64,000 nt of DNA from Minisyncoccota bacterium (lineage in GTDB: Bacteria > Patescibacteriota > JACMRA01), in NCBI GenBank assembly GCA_014376695.1, contig JACMRA010000002.1, forward strand, positions 7,323-71,322, given 5' to 3'. A program made the position numbers and the translations under genes. Within the stretch, counting starts at the first letter, position 1. Each line of letters begins with the position of its first letter. This document shows positions 1 through 10,032 of this stretch, piece by piece. The notes under the pieces were generated by a model, which did no database searches, was not told the DNA's origin, and saw only the letters and a list, made by a program, of their open reading frames with translations.

Positions 1-130
1 TGAATTAAGTCCGTTCGGAATGTCGTAGTTGTAATTAACGTACAATAAGAATTATAACACTGTTGACAATTTAATGTTATTTGAATTTCTTTTATCAAAG
101 TTCTAATTTAGGAGGAGCTTTATAAAATCT

Positions 131-2749
131 ATGAAAATTCAGTACACGCAATTTAAATTAGTTGTAGTTACAGGGATATTGCTAATTTCAATTTGCCTCA
201 TCACAAACCAGCTCAGCAGTCCAAAGGCGAGCCTTATAACAAAAGCCGCGGGTAATATTATTTACCTTTCACCGGGCGGATTAGACTCCAATCCTGGAAG
301 TCTCGATTCCCCAGTCAAGTCTTTGGTAAAAGCTCGAGATCTATCTCGCTCAGCCAAGGTAAACGGCCTTACTAGCCAAGTTAATTTATTGCCGGGTTCT
401 TATAAGATGGATTACACGCTAAATTTGAACGGAAGTGATAGCAGTACACTCTGGAAGTCCGCAAGCATAGGCACCGTAAAAATTGTAGGCAGTTCGATTA
501 TTTCTAATAACTGGCAAAGTTTGGGTAATAATCTATACAAGAATATCCTACCTCAAATCACTAACTATCCGCGGCAGCTTTATGTAAATGGTCAAAAAGC
601 CATTCGATCTACAAGCCAAAACGGGCCGGCCATGAATTTGTCAGCTAATAGTAACCAAATTTTCGGTGTCACTGGGGCGAGTAACTGGAGTAATCCAACT
701 GATATTGAGGTCAGTGGCTTTAACAAATCATACTGGAAACATTCGCGACAAAAAGTCTCATCTGTCAACGGTACAACTTTAAACCTAAATCAAAATTGGA
801 CTAATATACCCAACTCAAATGCCTGGGGATTAGGATTTGTTGCGGATAATATCACGGTCGAAAATGCTAAAGAGTTAATCAATGTGGATAATGAATGGTA
901 CTACGACCGCAGCGAAAAAGCACTTTACTACCAATCTAGCACAAACCCAAATGAGAAGTCGTTCAGCCTGCCGATTCAAGAAAAATTGATTGATATAACA
1001 GGAGCCTTCGATATAGAATTTAACGGAATAAGCTTTGAAGAGGCAAGCTGGGAGCGGCCGAATATTAGCGGAACTCAGGATTACCAAGGCGGGGTAATGT
1101 TCACGAGTCCCAATAGTAGCTGGAGCACCTCGGATGAACAGGTGGTCCCAGGTCATATTACTATGAATAATGTAAATGGGGTCAAATTTATTAACAATCA
1201 ATTCAAGAATCTTGGCGGGGCGGCTTTTAGTTGTTTTGAGAATTGCGTTAATAATATTATAGAAAAAAATTCCTTTGGCGATATTGCAGCCAACGCCATC
1301 ACAATTGGCAATCACAGAAATAAATATAGCAGCAATAATAACAACAAGTTCAACTTTAACACTTTGACAAATGTAGGTAGCGAATATTATAGTACGGTGC
1401 CAATATTTGTAATTTACGCTGGAGGGACGGAGATTGCTTACAATACGATATCCAACACTCCATATTCAGCAATTAGCGTTGGCTGGGGCTGGGCGGATCA
1501 GGATTCTAATTTAAGTAATAATTTAATCCACCACAACCGTATCACTAATTTTAACCAAAAAATAGGGGATGGCGGCGGTATTTATACATTGAGCCGACAA
1601 ACGGGGACGATTATTAGCGATAACTATTTGGATAACAGCAGGTCCACTGATAGAGGTGGGAATACTTTGCTACTTGGATTATACACCGACGAGGGGAGTT
1701 CGGATATGGTTATCGCTAATAATGTAGTTGACCTACCGTATCAATATGCTGTGTATGTATGGAATTCAGCAGGTGGCAGCAACAATATGCGAAATCAAAA
1801 TATTAATAATAATTGGTTCAAGCAATACCCCTGCGACACCAAAAATGGCTGGGGCCCCGAGGAGCCAACAAACGCACCTAGCGCACCAACAAATACCTGC
1901 GTTTTGGTAAGGGGAGTTGGGACAACCTATTATTCTAATAACGGGTATAGTGGAGCGGAGCCGGCAGCAGCCCAGCTTATCGTAAATAATAGCGGTACCG
2001 GGAGCAATGAATCATACTTTGTGGCTAATCCTGATATCGTAACTGGAGGAGTTGCAAGCTCAAGCGCTACTATTTCTACACCGCCGTTTATACCGCCACG
2101 CCTAATTCTAAAAGTGCTACTTCAGGGAGCTTACTCAACAGGTACCAATACGATGAGACCTCAACTAAAATCCAAAAATTTGATACCGGCATCTCAACCT
2201 TATAATATTAGTCCGTGGGCTTATACGGACTCCGAAAATATTAATCAAAGCACTTTAACAAGCGAGGCTATTGATTGGATCTTGATTGAATTCCGCAGCG
2301 AAACAGGTCAAATACTTTCTAAAAAAGCTGGTATTTTAAAATCTAACGGCGAGGTCATCAATGGAGATCAAGACTATTTGACACTCCCAACAAATCTGAC
2401 TTCTGGAAATTACAATCTTGTGATTCGTCATCGAAACCATCTTGCCATCAAAACTTTGAACCCAATTCCAATCAATGTCATAAGCGGCAGTCTTAATAAT
2501 TTGGATTTGACAGCTAATTTAAATGTCGCGGGCAATAATCAGGCATCACTCGGCAACGGAAAATACGGTCTCAAGCTTGGCAATGTTAACAGCGATAATG
2601 TTATAAATTCGATTGATAGAATTAGAAGTAGGCTTTCGCCAGACAGAATTAATAGCTACGCAATAGAAGATATCAATATGGATGGAAATCTTACATCCGC
2701 GGATAGAATACTTTCTCGGCTCAATTATGACTCAATAGAAATAGTGTAA
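131..2749 (+). CDS. Secreted/membrane-anchored right-handed parallel beta-helix protein (polysaccharide lyase/GH-like) with C-terminal dockerin-like domain
   Basis: N-terminal hydrophobic segment; 'YLSPGGLDSNPGS..SP' start; Asn-ladder repeats, 'DGGGIYT', 'GLYTDEGS'; paired EF-hand-like 'GNVNSDNVINSID' and 'DINMDGNLTSAD'. Confidence 0.7.
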   Translation: MKIQYTQFKLVVVTGILLISICLITNQLSSPKASLITKAAGNIIYLSPGGLDSNPGSLDSPVKSLVKARDLSRSAKVNGLTSQVNLLPGSYKMDYTLNLNGSDSSTLWKSASIGTVKIVGSSIISNNWQSLGNNLYKNILPQITNYPRQLYVNGQKAIRSTSQNGPAMNLSANSNQIFGVTGASNWSNPTDIEVSGFNKSYWKHSRQKVSSVNGTTLNLNQNWTNIPNSNAWGLGFVADNITVENAKELINVDNEWYYDRSEKALYYQSSTNPNEKSFSLPIQEKLIDITGAFDIEFNGISFEEASWERPNISGTQDYQGGVMFTSPNSSWSTSDEQVVPGHITMNNVNGVKFINNQFKNLGGAAFSCFENCVNNIIEKNSFGDIAANAITIGNHRNKYSSNNNNKFNFNTLTNVGSEYYSTVPIFVIYAGGTEIAYNTISNTPYSAISVGWGWADQDSNLSNNLIHHNRITNFNQKIGDGGGIYTLSRQTGTIISDNYLDNSRSTDRGGNTLLLGLYTDEGSSDMVIANNVVDLPYQYAVYVWNSAGGSNNMRNQNINNNWFKQYPCDTKNGWGPEEPTNAPSAPTNTCVLVRGVGTTYYSNNGYSGAEPAAAQLIVNNSGTGSNESYFVANPDIVTGGVASSSATISTPPFIPPRLILKVLLQGAYSTGTNTMRPQLKSKNLIPASQPYNISPWAYTDSENINQSTLTSEAIDWILIEFRSETGQILSKKAGILKSNGEVINGDQDYLTLPTNLTSGNYNLVIRHRNHLAIKTLNPIPINVISGSLNNLDLTANLNVAGNNQASLGNGKYGLKLGNVNSDNVINSIDRIRSRLSPDRINSYAIEDINMDGNLTSADRILSRLNYDSIEIV

Positions 2750-2821
2750 GCTACCATTTAGCTGATCTTGACTATTTTGAGAATAATTGGCAACTTATTG
2801 CCATGTAACCGATTTAGACAT

Positions 2822-3127
2822 ATGCCAGATTTTGATACAGAAACTAATAATAATTACTCCAAACCAAAAAGTCAGTTTGAAATAGCCCTCGATCAAAAAG
2901 AGCTGTTAGTCAGGCAAGAATTTGAGATTAACAGCCTCCGCAAAAAAGTCGAAAAAATTGAAGTTGAAACGCGTGACAAAACCATTGAAGAATGGAAAAG
3001 CAAACTCGTAGAAGTCGAAAAAGAAGTTACAGCAAGGCTAACTTCGCAGTCTTTTTGGACTGGATTTGTAATGGGATTAATACTGACAATAATTTTTTGG
3101 GCCGTAGCCGGTAGTATTCGAGGTTAG
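2822..3127 (+). CDS. Small coiled-coil protein with C-terminal TM helix
   Basis: ATG at 2822 preferred over TTG at 2768; heptad-rich middle, hydrophobic C-terminus. Confidence 0.6.
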   Translation: MPDFDTETNNNYSKPKSQFEIALDQKELLVRQEFEINSLRKKVEKIEVETRDKTIEEWKSKLVEVEKEVTARLTSQSFWTGFVMGLILTIIFWAVAGSIRG

Positions 3128-3603
3128 TCTTTTGGCAACCCCTTAACAAATTTAATCACTTCTTGATTGTCTTGCTGACCCTGCTTGATATAGATTATTT
3201 TGCCGTTCGTATCAATAAGAATTACCCCGCGTTTGACTGTTGGATTGCCAAAAAACGATCCGATTTGACCGAATTCTCGGCTAATTATTTTGTCGGTATC
3301 AACTAATATATCGAATTGATACTTATGCATATCTATAAATTTTTGGTGACTTTTTTGGTCGCCGTGATTAATACCCAAGACGGTTACATTAAGTTCCCGA
3401 TATTCTTGGTAGATATCTCTAATACCACAAAGCTGGATTGTGCAGCCAGGCGTCATATCGCTCGGATAGAAAACAAGTAAGATTTTTTGGCCGGATTCTA
3501 GGAGCTGCTTCGAAGAAATAATTTGACCTTTTTGGTTTGGCAGGTCAAAGGTTGGGGCTTTGTCGCCCACTTGAAATACTGGTTTTGGGGTTGTATCAGT
3601 CAT
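3124..3603 (-). CDS. bcp: Peroxiredoxin Bcp/PrxQ
   Basis: 'FYPSDMTPGCTIQLC' PxxxTxxC motif with resolving Cys; 'VGDKAPTFDL'. Confidence 0.9.
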   Translation of the reverse strand: MTDTTPKPVFQVGDKAPTFDLPNQKGQIISSKQLLESGQKILLVFYPSDMTPGCTIQLCGIRDIYQEYRELNVTVLGINHGDQKSHQKFIDMHKYQFDILVDTDKIISREFGQIGSFFGNPTVKRGVILIDTNGKIIYIKQGQQDNQEVIKFVKGLPKD

Positions 3604-3704
3604 AGACTAGGAATATATTATCTACGGGATTTTGGCAAGTAGTTTTTAATTTCAGATAAAATAATTTTTGGAAATATATTGAATCACGATTGTTATCAGT
3701 GATT

Positions 3705-3733
3705 TTGACAAAGTACAGCTTATAGGGCATAAT
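3705..3733 (+). promoter_or_regulatory. Sigma70-type promoter TTGACA-17-CATAAT
   Basis: Near-consensus -35/-10 with 17-nt spacer about 80 nt upstream of the 3811 CDS. Confidence 0.6.
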
Positions 3734-3810
3734 TATTGAGACTGGACAATCCAAGTAGCCTCCAACTACAATCGGCCTACTAAATACAAAACACAAAATA
3801 ATACAAAAAT

Positions 3811-5418
3811 ATGCTTTCCTCCATCTTTGCCAAAAAGTTCAGTATTTGTTTCGCTTTTTTGTTTACAATAATAGCCCTGACTACTATTATTTTTACTGAC
3901 ATCCGAATTTTTGCACAGATAACAGTTCCAAAATTTACTCCGGACTACGTTCTCGGTGATGACAGTTTTCGCTCAACTAGGGCATTTCCAAACCAGGATA
4001 GCGTTCAAAATTTTTTGGATCGGGTTAATTCACCGCTAAAAAACTTTCGCCAAAGTAATAAACTGGCCAGCCAAATAATTTTTGAGGCAGCCCGAGGTGT
4101 AAGTAGCAGTCAATACGGCTTCACACCACAAATTAACCCTGGGGTAATACTGGCCTACCTCGAAAAAGAGATGAGTTTAGTCAGTGACACTAACTATAAC
4201 ACCAGTACAGATCCCCAAGGTCGTATCCAAAAGGCCATGGGATATGGATGCCCCGACATTGGAGGCTGCGACCTTGAATATCAAGGTTTTACTAACCAGC
4301 TTAATTGGGGCGCCTTACAATTAGAAATCAACTTTGTCACAGCTAATCCTAATTCACTCAAAAAGATCCAACCATATGTTAGTGGCTCAAAAATTACTAC
4401 TCTTGATGGATATACATTTGTGATTAGCAACCAAGCAACTGCCGCATGTTATAGATACACTCCTCATGTATTTTATGGCTGTTATAATTTGTGGAAAATT
4501 GTTACTGCAAACGGCTGGGGTGTAAGTGATCAACGCTACCTTTATGATGATTTGGACAAGGCCAATATTGGCAAAACCCCAACAACTGCCGTATCGGTAG
4601 AGAATATATCGGAACAGGAGGGTCAAAACCTAATCTTCCAATCTTATGGCCTAGGACAAAACGATGTAACTATCCGAAATCTCCAAAAATATCTAAAGCA
4701 AAACAATTATTTTAACGGCCAAAATATCAGTTCAATCTTTGATCGTTCCACGGGTGACAGTTTGCGAAAATTTATAATGGACAAGAATTTAGCCAATCCA
4801 GAATTCAAAATTGAGTCTAATCCAACTTGTAAATCTCTCCTACTTCTGGATTATTCTATAGGAACGGAAAACTCAAACGTAAAACAAATGCAAATGTGCT
4901 TGATTGAATATAGAGTTTTTGATACTTTTAATAACACTGGTTATTACGGTGAAATAACTAGTAAAGCACATAAATATATCCAAAGTCTAATTCAAAAGAC
5001 AGCTACAAATCCCAATGTCAACGGTCAAGGTAATTCACCTACTCCAGTTCCGCCTGTGAGCGTCGAATCAACCAATAATCAACCAACTCAAGCCAATTGT
5101 GAGGTAATTGGGCGAAATTTCGTTGTGGGCCAAATGGATGATGACGTAATCAAACTACAAGGATGCCTGAAAGCTCGAGGAATATTTCAATGGCCGGCTG
5201 GTGTAACTGGCTACTACGGTGAGTACACCAACGGGCTCTACAGTAAAATTGTTAGCCAGCTTGAATGTCCTACAATAAAATCCCAAAAGTGGGGATTTGG
5301 CGAGAGGAGTGTGCGAGTAAAAAGACTCCAAGAGTGTTTAAAAGCCGAGGGCAAATTTGATTATCCGTCCATCACTGGATACCTTGGGCCAGTCACTTGG
5401 CGAGGGTTAAGAAGTTAG
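3811..5418 (+). CDS. Secreted cell-wall protein with repeated peptidoglycan-binding-like domains (possible muralytic N-domain)
   Basis: Signal/TM; conserved-looking 'INPGVILAYLEKE...AMGYGCPD...YTPH' domain; about four 'V..LQ.CL...TGYYG..T'-type repeats. Confidence 0.65.
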   Translation: MLSSIFAKKFSICFAFLFTIIALTTIIFTDIRIFAQITVPKFTPDYVLGDDSFRSTRAFPNQDSVQNFLDRVNSPLKNFRQSNKLASQIIFEAARGVSSSQYGFTPQINPGVILAYLEKEMSLVSDTNYNTSTDPQGRIQKAMGYGCPDIGGCDLEYQGFTNQLNWGALQLEINFVTANPNSLKKIQPYVSGSKITTLDGYTFVISNQATAACYRYTPHVFYGCYNLWKIVTANGWGVSDQRYLYDDLDKANIGKTPTTAVSVENISEQEGQNLIFQSYGLGQNDVTIRNLQKYLKQNNYFNGQNISSIFDRSTGDSLRKFIMDKNLANPEFKIESNPTCKSLLLLDYSIGTENSNVKQMQMCLIEYRVFDTFNNTGYYGEITSKAHKYIQSLIQKTATNPNVNGQGNSPTPVPPVSVESTNNQPTQANCEVIGRNFVVGQMDDDVIKLQGCLKARGIFQWPAGVTGYYGEYTNGLYSKIVSQLECPTIKSQKWGFGERSVRVKRLQECLKAEGKFDYPSITGYLGPVTWRGLRS

Positions 5419-5427
5419 GTTTGAAGC

Positions 5428-5901
5428 TTACTCCAATATCTCCACAACTTTAACAGTGAATTTATTATTTTTGATACGGATAACTACTGAATCTCCAGCT
5501 TTTTTGCCGAGGATACCTTGGGCAAGCGGTGAATCGTTAGCTATTCTGGCTGGAATATCTAGGGCATTAGCCTCTGAATTACCTGTAATATGCACGCTAA
5601 ATTCTTTTTTTTCGTCTGGATAGGCAATTTTGACAGTGCTTCCGATACGGATTGTCTTGCTAATTTCGGCGTTTTCTTGGATGATTTCGTAATCATTAAG
5701 TATTGATTCGATACGAACTTTTTCGGCGTTTAACCTTTGTTGTTCGACCAAAAGCACATCTCGGGCCGAGTTTTCTTTGAGATCTCCTGCGGACAAAGCC
5801 TCGGTCAAACCAGTGAGGACTTCAGGGATTCTGACGTTTACAATAGCTTCGTATTCTTTTTGTATGTCTACAAGTCCTTGGGTAGTAATGTAATTGGCCA
5901 T
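5428..5901 (-). CDS. greA: Transcription elongation factor GreA family
   Basis: 'GDLKENS', 'IGSTV', 'SPLAQGILGKKAGD'. Confidence 0.9.
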   Translation of the reverse strand: MANYITTQGLVDIQKEYEAIVNVRIPEVLTGLTEALSAGDLKENSARDVLLVEQQRLNAEKVRIESILNDYEIIQENAEISKTIRIGSTVKIAYPDEKKEFSVHITGNSEANALDIPARIANDSPLAQGILGKKAGDSVVIRIKNNKFTVKVVEILE

Positions 5902-6042
5902 ATTATTAGTCTTGTTTAAGTCTTATTAGTTGTCTTGATATATATCTTAATATAAGAATAGTTAAGCCAGCTTTTGTCAAGTTGAATTCCAGGTTTTGAG
6001 ACTTCTTGACAAAAAAGAGTTTGACCGTTCTAATTAGAACAG

Positions 6043-6438
6043 ATGTCTACAGCAAAAATTCAAACAGGCGATACCGTTCAAGTTATATCAGGCAATTACC
6101 GTGGCACGGTCGGAGTCGTAACTAAAGTTATCATAACAAAAGCACGCAATGGATTAACAATGAAGCGTGCTAGTGTAAGTACTGTACCCAAAATCGCAAA
6201 ATATCGAAAGAGCCAGAGCGTGCAAGGAACAACTTACCCAGGTCAAAAATTTGATATTGACCGAACAATAGACCTATCCAATCTTAATTTATTTACTGGA
6301 TCAACAATCTCTAAATCCATGATAGAATTAAAGGACGGCAAAAAAGTTCGCGTTTATAAAAAAACTTCTGAAACTGTCACAAAAGAAAAAGTCGCCAAGA
6401 TCAAGGTAGGCCCACAATTAGAAACAGATTCCAAATAA
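6043..6438 (+). CDS. rplX: 50S ribosomal protein uL24 (divergent)
   Basis: KOW 'IQTGDTVQVISGNYRGTVGVV', 'DGKKVRVYKK'; precedes rplE. Confidence 0.85.
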   Translation: MSTAKIQTGDTVQVISGNYRGTVGVVTKVIITKARNGLTMKRASVSTVPKIAKYRKSQSVQGTTYPGQKFDIDRTIDLSNLNLFTGSTISKSMIELKDGKKVRVYKKTSETVTKEKVAKIKVGPQLETDSK

Positions 6439-6502
6439 CTAGATTAAGCAATCTTAGTTTATATTATACAAGTACCAATTAAACTCTTTTCATTTTTAAA
6501 AT

Positions 6503-7060
6503 ATGGCTAGCAATATCCCACCCGTCAAATTAGATACACAAGCTCTTTTTGATACAGCTTTTAATACTGTAGCTAAAACCAGCCCCAAAATAAACAAATT
6601 TTCACTCCCTTCTGTTGATTCTGTAGTAATCAATGTAGGGGTCGGAAAAAACGACAATAAACAAAAACAAGATATAGCAGATTATCTACAAAAACTCACT
6701 GCTCAAGTTCCAAAAAAAGTTTCCTCTAAAGTATCCATCGCCTCTTTTAAGGTTCGAAAAGGAGATACTGTTGGTTTAGTTGTTAGTCTTCGCGGTCAAC
6801 GGGCCAGAGATTTTCTTTTGCAATTAATCTATATCGCATTGCCTCGAACAAGAGATTTCAAAGGTGTCAAGGCAACTGCCTTCGATAAGGATTTTTCAAC
6901 CTATTCATTAGGTATTGATTCTTCGGCAATTTTCCCTGCGGTTGGTTTCGATACTTCCATTAATTTTGGGATGCAGATGAATATCAAATTCAAACACAAA
7001 ACTCCGCTTAACCCAAGCTACCTAACGGCCCTGAGCTTCCCTTACAAAAAAGTAGCATAA
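6503..7060 (+). CDS. rplE: 50S ribosomal protein uL5
   Basis: 'VVINVGVG', 'SIASFKVRKG', 'LPRTRDFKG'. Confidence 0.92.
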   Translation: MASNIPPVKLDTQALFDTAFNTVAKTSPKINKFSLPSVDSVVINVGVGKNDNKQKQDIADYLQKLTAQVPKKVSSKVSIASFKVRKGDTVGLVVSLRGQRARDFLLQLIYIALPRTRDFKGVKATAFDKDFSTYSLGIDSSAIFPAVGFDTSINFGMQMNIKFKHKTPLNPSYLTALSFPYKKVA

Positions 7061-7107
7061 TCATAAATTTAACCAACTAGAAAATAAGAATAATATAATT
7101 AAATAAT

Positions 7108-7293
7108 ATGGCTAGAAAAGCAATGATTGTAAAAGCGCTCAAGGAGCCAAAATTCAAAACAAGGACAGTTCGCCGATGTAAGGTCTGTGGTCGAAATCGC
7201 GGATATTTACGATACTTCGATATGTGCCGAATCTGTGTGCGAGAGCTAGCTATGAAAGGTGAGCTAAACGGCTTTTTCAAAAGCAGTAAATAA
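7108..7293 (+). CDS. rpsN: 30S ribosomal protein uS14 (Zn-binding type Z)
   Basis: 61 aa, 'RCKVCGR...[10 protein letters not shown]'. Confidence 0.95.
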   Translation: MARKAMIVKALKEPKFKTRTVRRCKVCGRNRGYLRYFDMCRICVRELAMKGELNGFFKSSK

Positions 7294-7335
7294 TAATTAA
7301 AAGATAATTTCAAACCAAGTAAATATAAAATACCT

Positions 7336-7707
7336 ATGTCAATGTTCGACCTAATGAGTGATTTCGTAGCCCGAGTCAACAACGCTGTAACAGCACAAAA
7401 ATCTACTGTGAAAGTACTAAAAAACAATTTAGTAACTCAAGTATGTAAAAAACTAGTTAAATTGAACTATTTTGAATCCTTCGCTGAAGGTGAAGACTAC
7501 GAGTTAGAAGTCGTTTTAACCAAAAATATTACTAAGCTTACCAGAATTTCCAAACCAGGAAAGCGGGTTTATACAGGTTTCGAAAAGTTCCCACGTGTAA
7601 TCGGCGGTAAAGGATGGAATATTATCACATCATCAAAAGGTGTTCTTACTAACTTCGAGGCTAAAGAGCAAAAAGTAGGAGGTGAATTACTTTTTCAAAT
7701 CATTTAA
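7336..7707 (+). CDS. rpsH: 30S ribosomal protein uS8
   Basis: 'RISKPGKRVY', 'IITSSKGVLT', 'VGGELL'. Confidence 0.92.
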   Translation: MSMFDLMSDFVARVNNAVTAQKSTVKVLKNNLVTQVCKKLVKLNYFESFAEGEDYELEVVLTKNITKLTRISKPGKRVYTGFEKFPRVIGGKGWNIITSSKGVLTNFEAKEQKVGGELLFQII

Positions 7708-7725
7708 TACTATCCAAAAACTCTT

Positions 7726-7751
7726 TCTGTCATCACCAGTGGCAGATTTTT
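7726..7751 (+). terminator. Rho-independent terminator after rpsH
   Basis: TCTGTCA/TGGCAGA stem followed by T5. Confidence 0.5.
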
Positions 7752-7771
7752 GGTAAATATTTTCTTTTGTT

Positions 7772-8665
7772 ATGACTCATACAGTTCTACTTTTTTATAA
7801 ATTTGTTAATATCTCGAACCCACAACAAGTATTAAATTCTCAGCAGAATCTCTGCAAATCCTTAGGTCTCAAAGGTAGAGTTATTATATCTGGCGAGGGG
7901 ATTAACGGCACGCTAGAAGGCCTGAATTCCGATTGCGGCGAGTATATAAGACAGATGCACCAGATAGATGTTTTTAGGGATATAGCGTTCAAGCAGAGCG
8001 TAGGCAGCGGATCGTGCTTTCCAAGGTTATCAATTAAGGTTCGAGAGGAGATTGTCACGACCAAGCTACCTTATACAAAAGACCTTGGTCCTCATTGCGG
8101 CTTTACCGGGAAATATTTATCCTCTGAAGAATTAAATCAATGGTATGGCGATGGTCGCGAATTTTATATGGTTGATATGCGTAATGACTACGAGTACAAC
8201 ATTGGGCATTTTAGAGGTTCTATTTTGCTCAAAAATCTAAAAAACTTTAGGAATTTACCCGATATATTGCCTGAATTAGAACATCTCAAGGGTAAGACAA
8301 TAGTAACTTGCTGTACCGGCGGAGTCCGCTGCGAAAAAGCTTCTGCTTTCTTGATGTATAATTATTTCAAAGACGTTTATCAATTACAGGGCGGTATTGC
8401 AACCTATGTAGAGAAGTACCCCAATCGAGATTTTCTTGGTAAGCTATATGTCTTTGACGGGCGGCTTGCCCTCGGGATCGATACTGACAAACCAGATCAT
8501 ATTATTGTTGGCAAGTGCAGTATCTGCGACGTCCAATCCGAAAATATTACTGATTATTGGTATCTGAATAAGCGTCACCACGGTGTTGTTTGTAGTGATT
8601 GCGTTCTTCGGGACGATGTTAAACTAACTAAAGAAATAATTAACCCGGAACCAATTAAGTGTTAG
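7772..8665 (+). CDS. trhO: Rhodanese-family tRNA uridine(34) hydroxylase TrhO/YceA
   Basis: 'EGINGT', 'DMRNDYEYNIGHF', 'CTGGVRCEKAS', 'YQLQGGI', 'GKLYVFD'. Confidence 0.85.
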   Translation: MTHTVLLFYKFVNISNPQQVLNSQQNLCKSLGLKGRVIISGEGINGTLEGLNSDCGEYIRQMHQIDVFRDIAFKQSVGSGSCFPRLSIKVREEIVTTKLPYTKDLGPHCGFTGKYLSSEELNQWYGDGREFYMVDMRNDYEYNIGHFRGSILLKNLKNFRNLPDILPELEHLKGKTIVTCCTGGVRCEKASAFLMYNYFKDVYQLQGGIATYVEKYPNRDFLGKLYVFDGRLALGIDTDKPDHIIVGKCSICDVQSENITDYWYLNKRHHGVVCSDCVLRDDVKLTKEIINPEPIKC

Positions 8666-9954
8666 ATTGGTAGTCTCTTGACGATGGCTTTTGTATTTGG
8701 TTGTAGGAGATAATAATTAGGAAAGCCAGATTTTCGGCGATCATATTCTTTTTGGTTACTGCTTTTGACCTTGGCAATCTCGCCTTCAAATAATGCATTT
8801 TGAACCTCAATATCTTTGAACAGCCTGTCCATCTGAACTCGTCGCCCGATAAATTCATCATAATCTAGGTCAAATTGCTCTTGCCAGACTGTCATTAATA
8901 CCGATCCTTTAGCAAGGCGTCCGTTGGTACCGAGAGTTGGTTTATTGTTGCATTCTTGAATTGACTTGGCTATTGAGGTTGACAATTTAGAATTGCTCGG
9001 TATATCTAAGCTAGTGAAGTATTTAATGGTCTCGGTCTTTTTTGGTTCGAGGCTTGCGCAAAATTGGTTAATTGTTTCGACATTAAAACCTTTGTTGACT
9101 AAGGCTTGGCAGCTTTGGATGTAGTTATTTCTGTATTGAATTAGGGAAGGAATATAAGAAACAGATTCAAGGTTTTGTTTTAGGATTTTTAGGGAATCCT
9201 CGTATGAAAGCACAATGTTATTCAAATTATTATCAAAATATTTATAAGTTAGGATATTAGATTCGTTGGTTATTTGCGAGTAATTGCCATTTACAACAAG
9301 CTTTTTGCTCAAGTAGTCGTCCATCGAAGATTGTTGCGAGCTGTCATCGGTAATAATAGGCTGCATGCTGCAGCTACTGGCAACATTTGTGTTAATGTAT
9401 TTGTCCAAACTCTGGGTATAAGTGAGTAGGTTTGTCACTGTATTGCTGTGGTCAATTTTAATTTTATTGATTTGATTTTGATTTGATAAATGTATAATCT
9501 CTAGCCCAGCTGGCTGAATTGATATCAGATACCATCCTAATCCGCTTATAACTAGGCCAAAAGCTAGTATCCAAACGAATCTATTTTTCCAAGATTTTTT
9601 TCGCAGAACTGGAGCGGGGGGTAGGATCTCGGCTTTATCTTTTTTGGAACGGCCGAAACTGAACCAAGAATTTTTAGCTTTTTCAAGGTCTTGATTTTCG
9701 GATTTTGAGGAAGTTTGGCTTGAATTTGAGTAAAAATTATCATCTGGATTCTTTTCTGAACTCGGTGATTGATAATTATTGTAAATGGCTTGAATTTTGG
9801 CAAAGTCATTATCGTCAGTAGGCCGGTTGGGTTGCTCGCTCATAAAATTGTTAACGATATTGGCAGCCTGATGTTTGTTTTGGTCGTTTTTGGATATGTC
9901 GTTAGAGCTCTTGTTGTAGTCGTCTAGTAAAGGATTCGGTTTATAATTAGACAT
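8662..9954 (-). CDS. Hypothetical single-pass membrane protein
   Basis: 430 aa; disordered N-terminus, one TM near residue 130, helical Cys-containing ectodomain. Confidence 0.65.
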   Translation of the reverse strand: MSNYKPNPLLDDYNKSSNDISKNDQNKHQAANIVNNFMSEQPNRPTDDNDFAKIQAIYNNYQSPSSEKNPDDNFYSNSSQTSSKSENQDLEKAKNSWFSFGRSKKDKAEILPPAPVLRKKSWKNRFVWILAFGLVISGLGWYLISIQPAGLEIIHLSNQNQINKIKIDHSNTVTNLLTYTQSLDKYINTNVASSCSMQPIITDDSSQQSSMDDYLSKKLVVNGNYSQITNESNILTYKYFDNNLNNIVLSYEDSLKILKQNLESVSYIPSLIQYRNNYIQSCQALVNKGFNVETINQFCASLEPKKTETIKYFTSLDIPSNSKLSTSIAKSIQECNNKPTLGTNGRLAKGSVLMTVWQEQFDLDYDEFIGRRVQMDRLFKDIEVQNALFEGEIAKVKSSNQKEYDRRKSGFPNYYLLQPNTKAIVKRLPI

Positions 9955-10032
9955 ATTTTGTGTTGGCTAATAGTTCTATTATACTGTTAACTAAGTTTTG
10001 CATAATATCCAGTATTTCGTCAAATTAAGAAT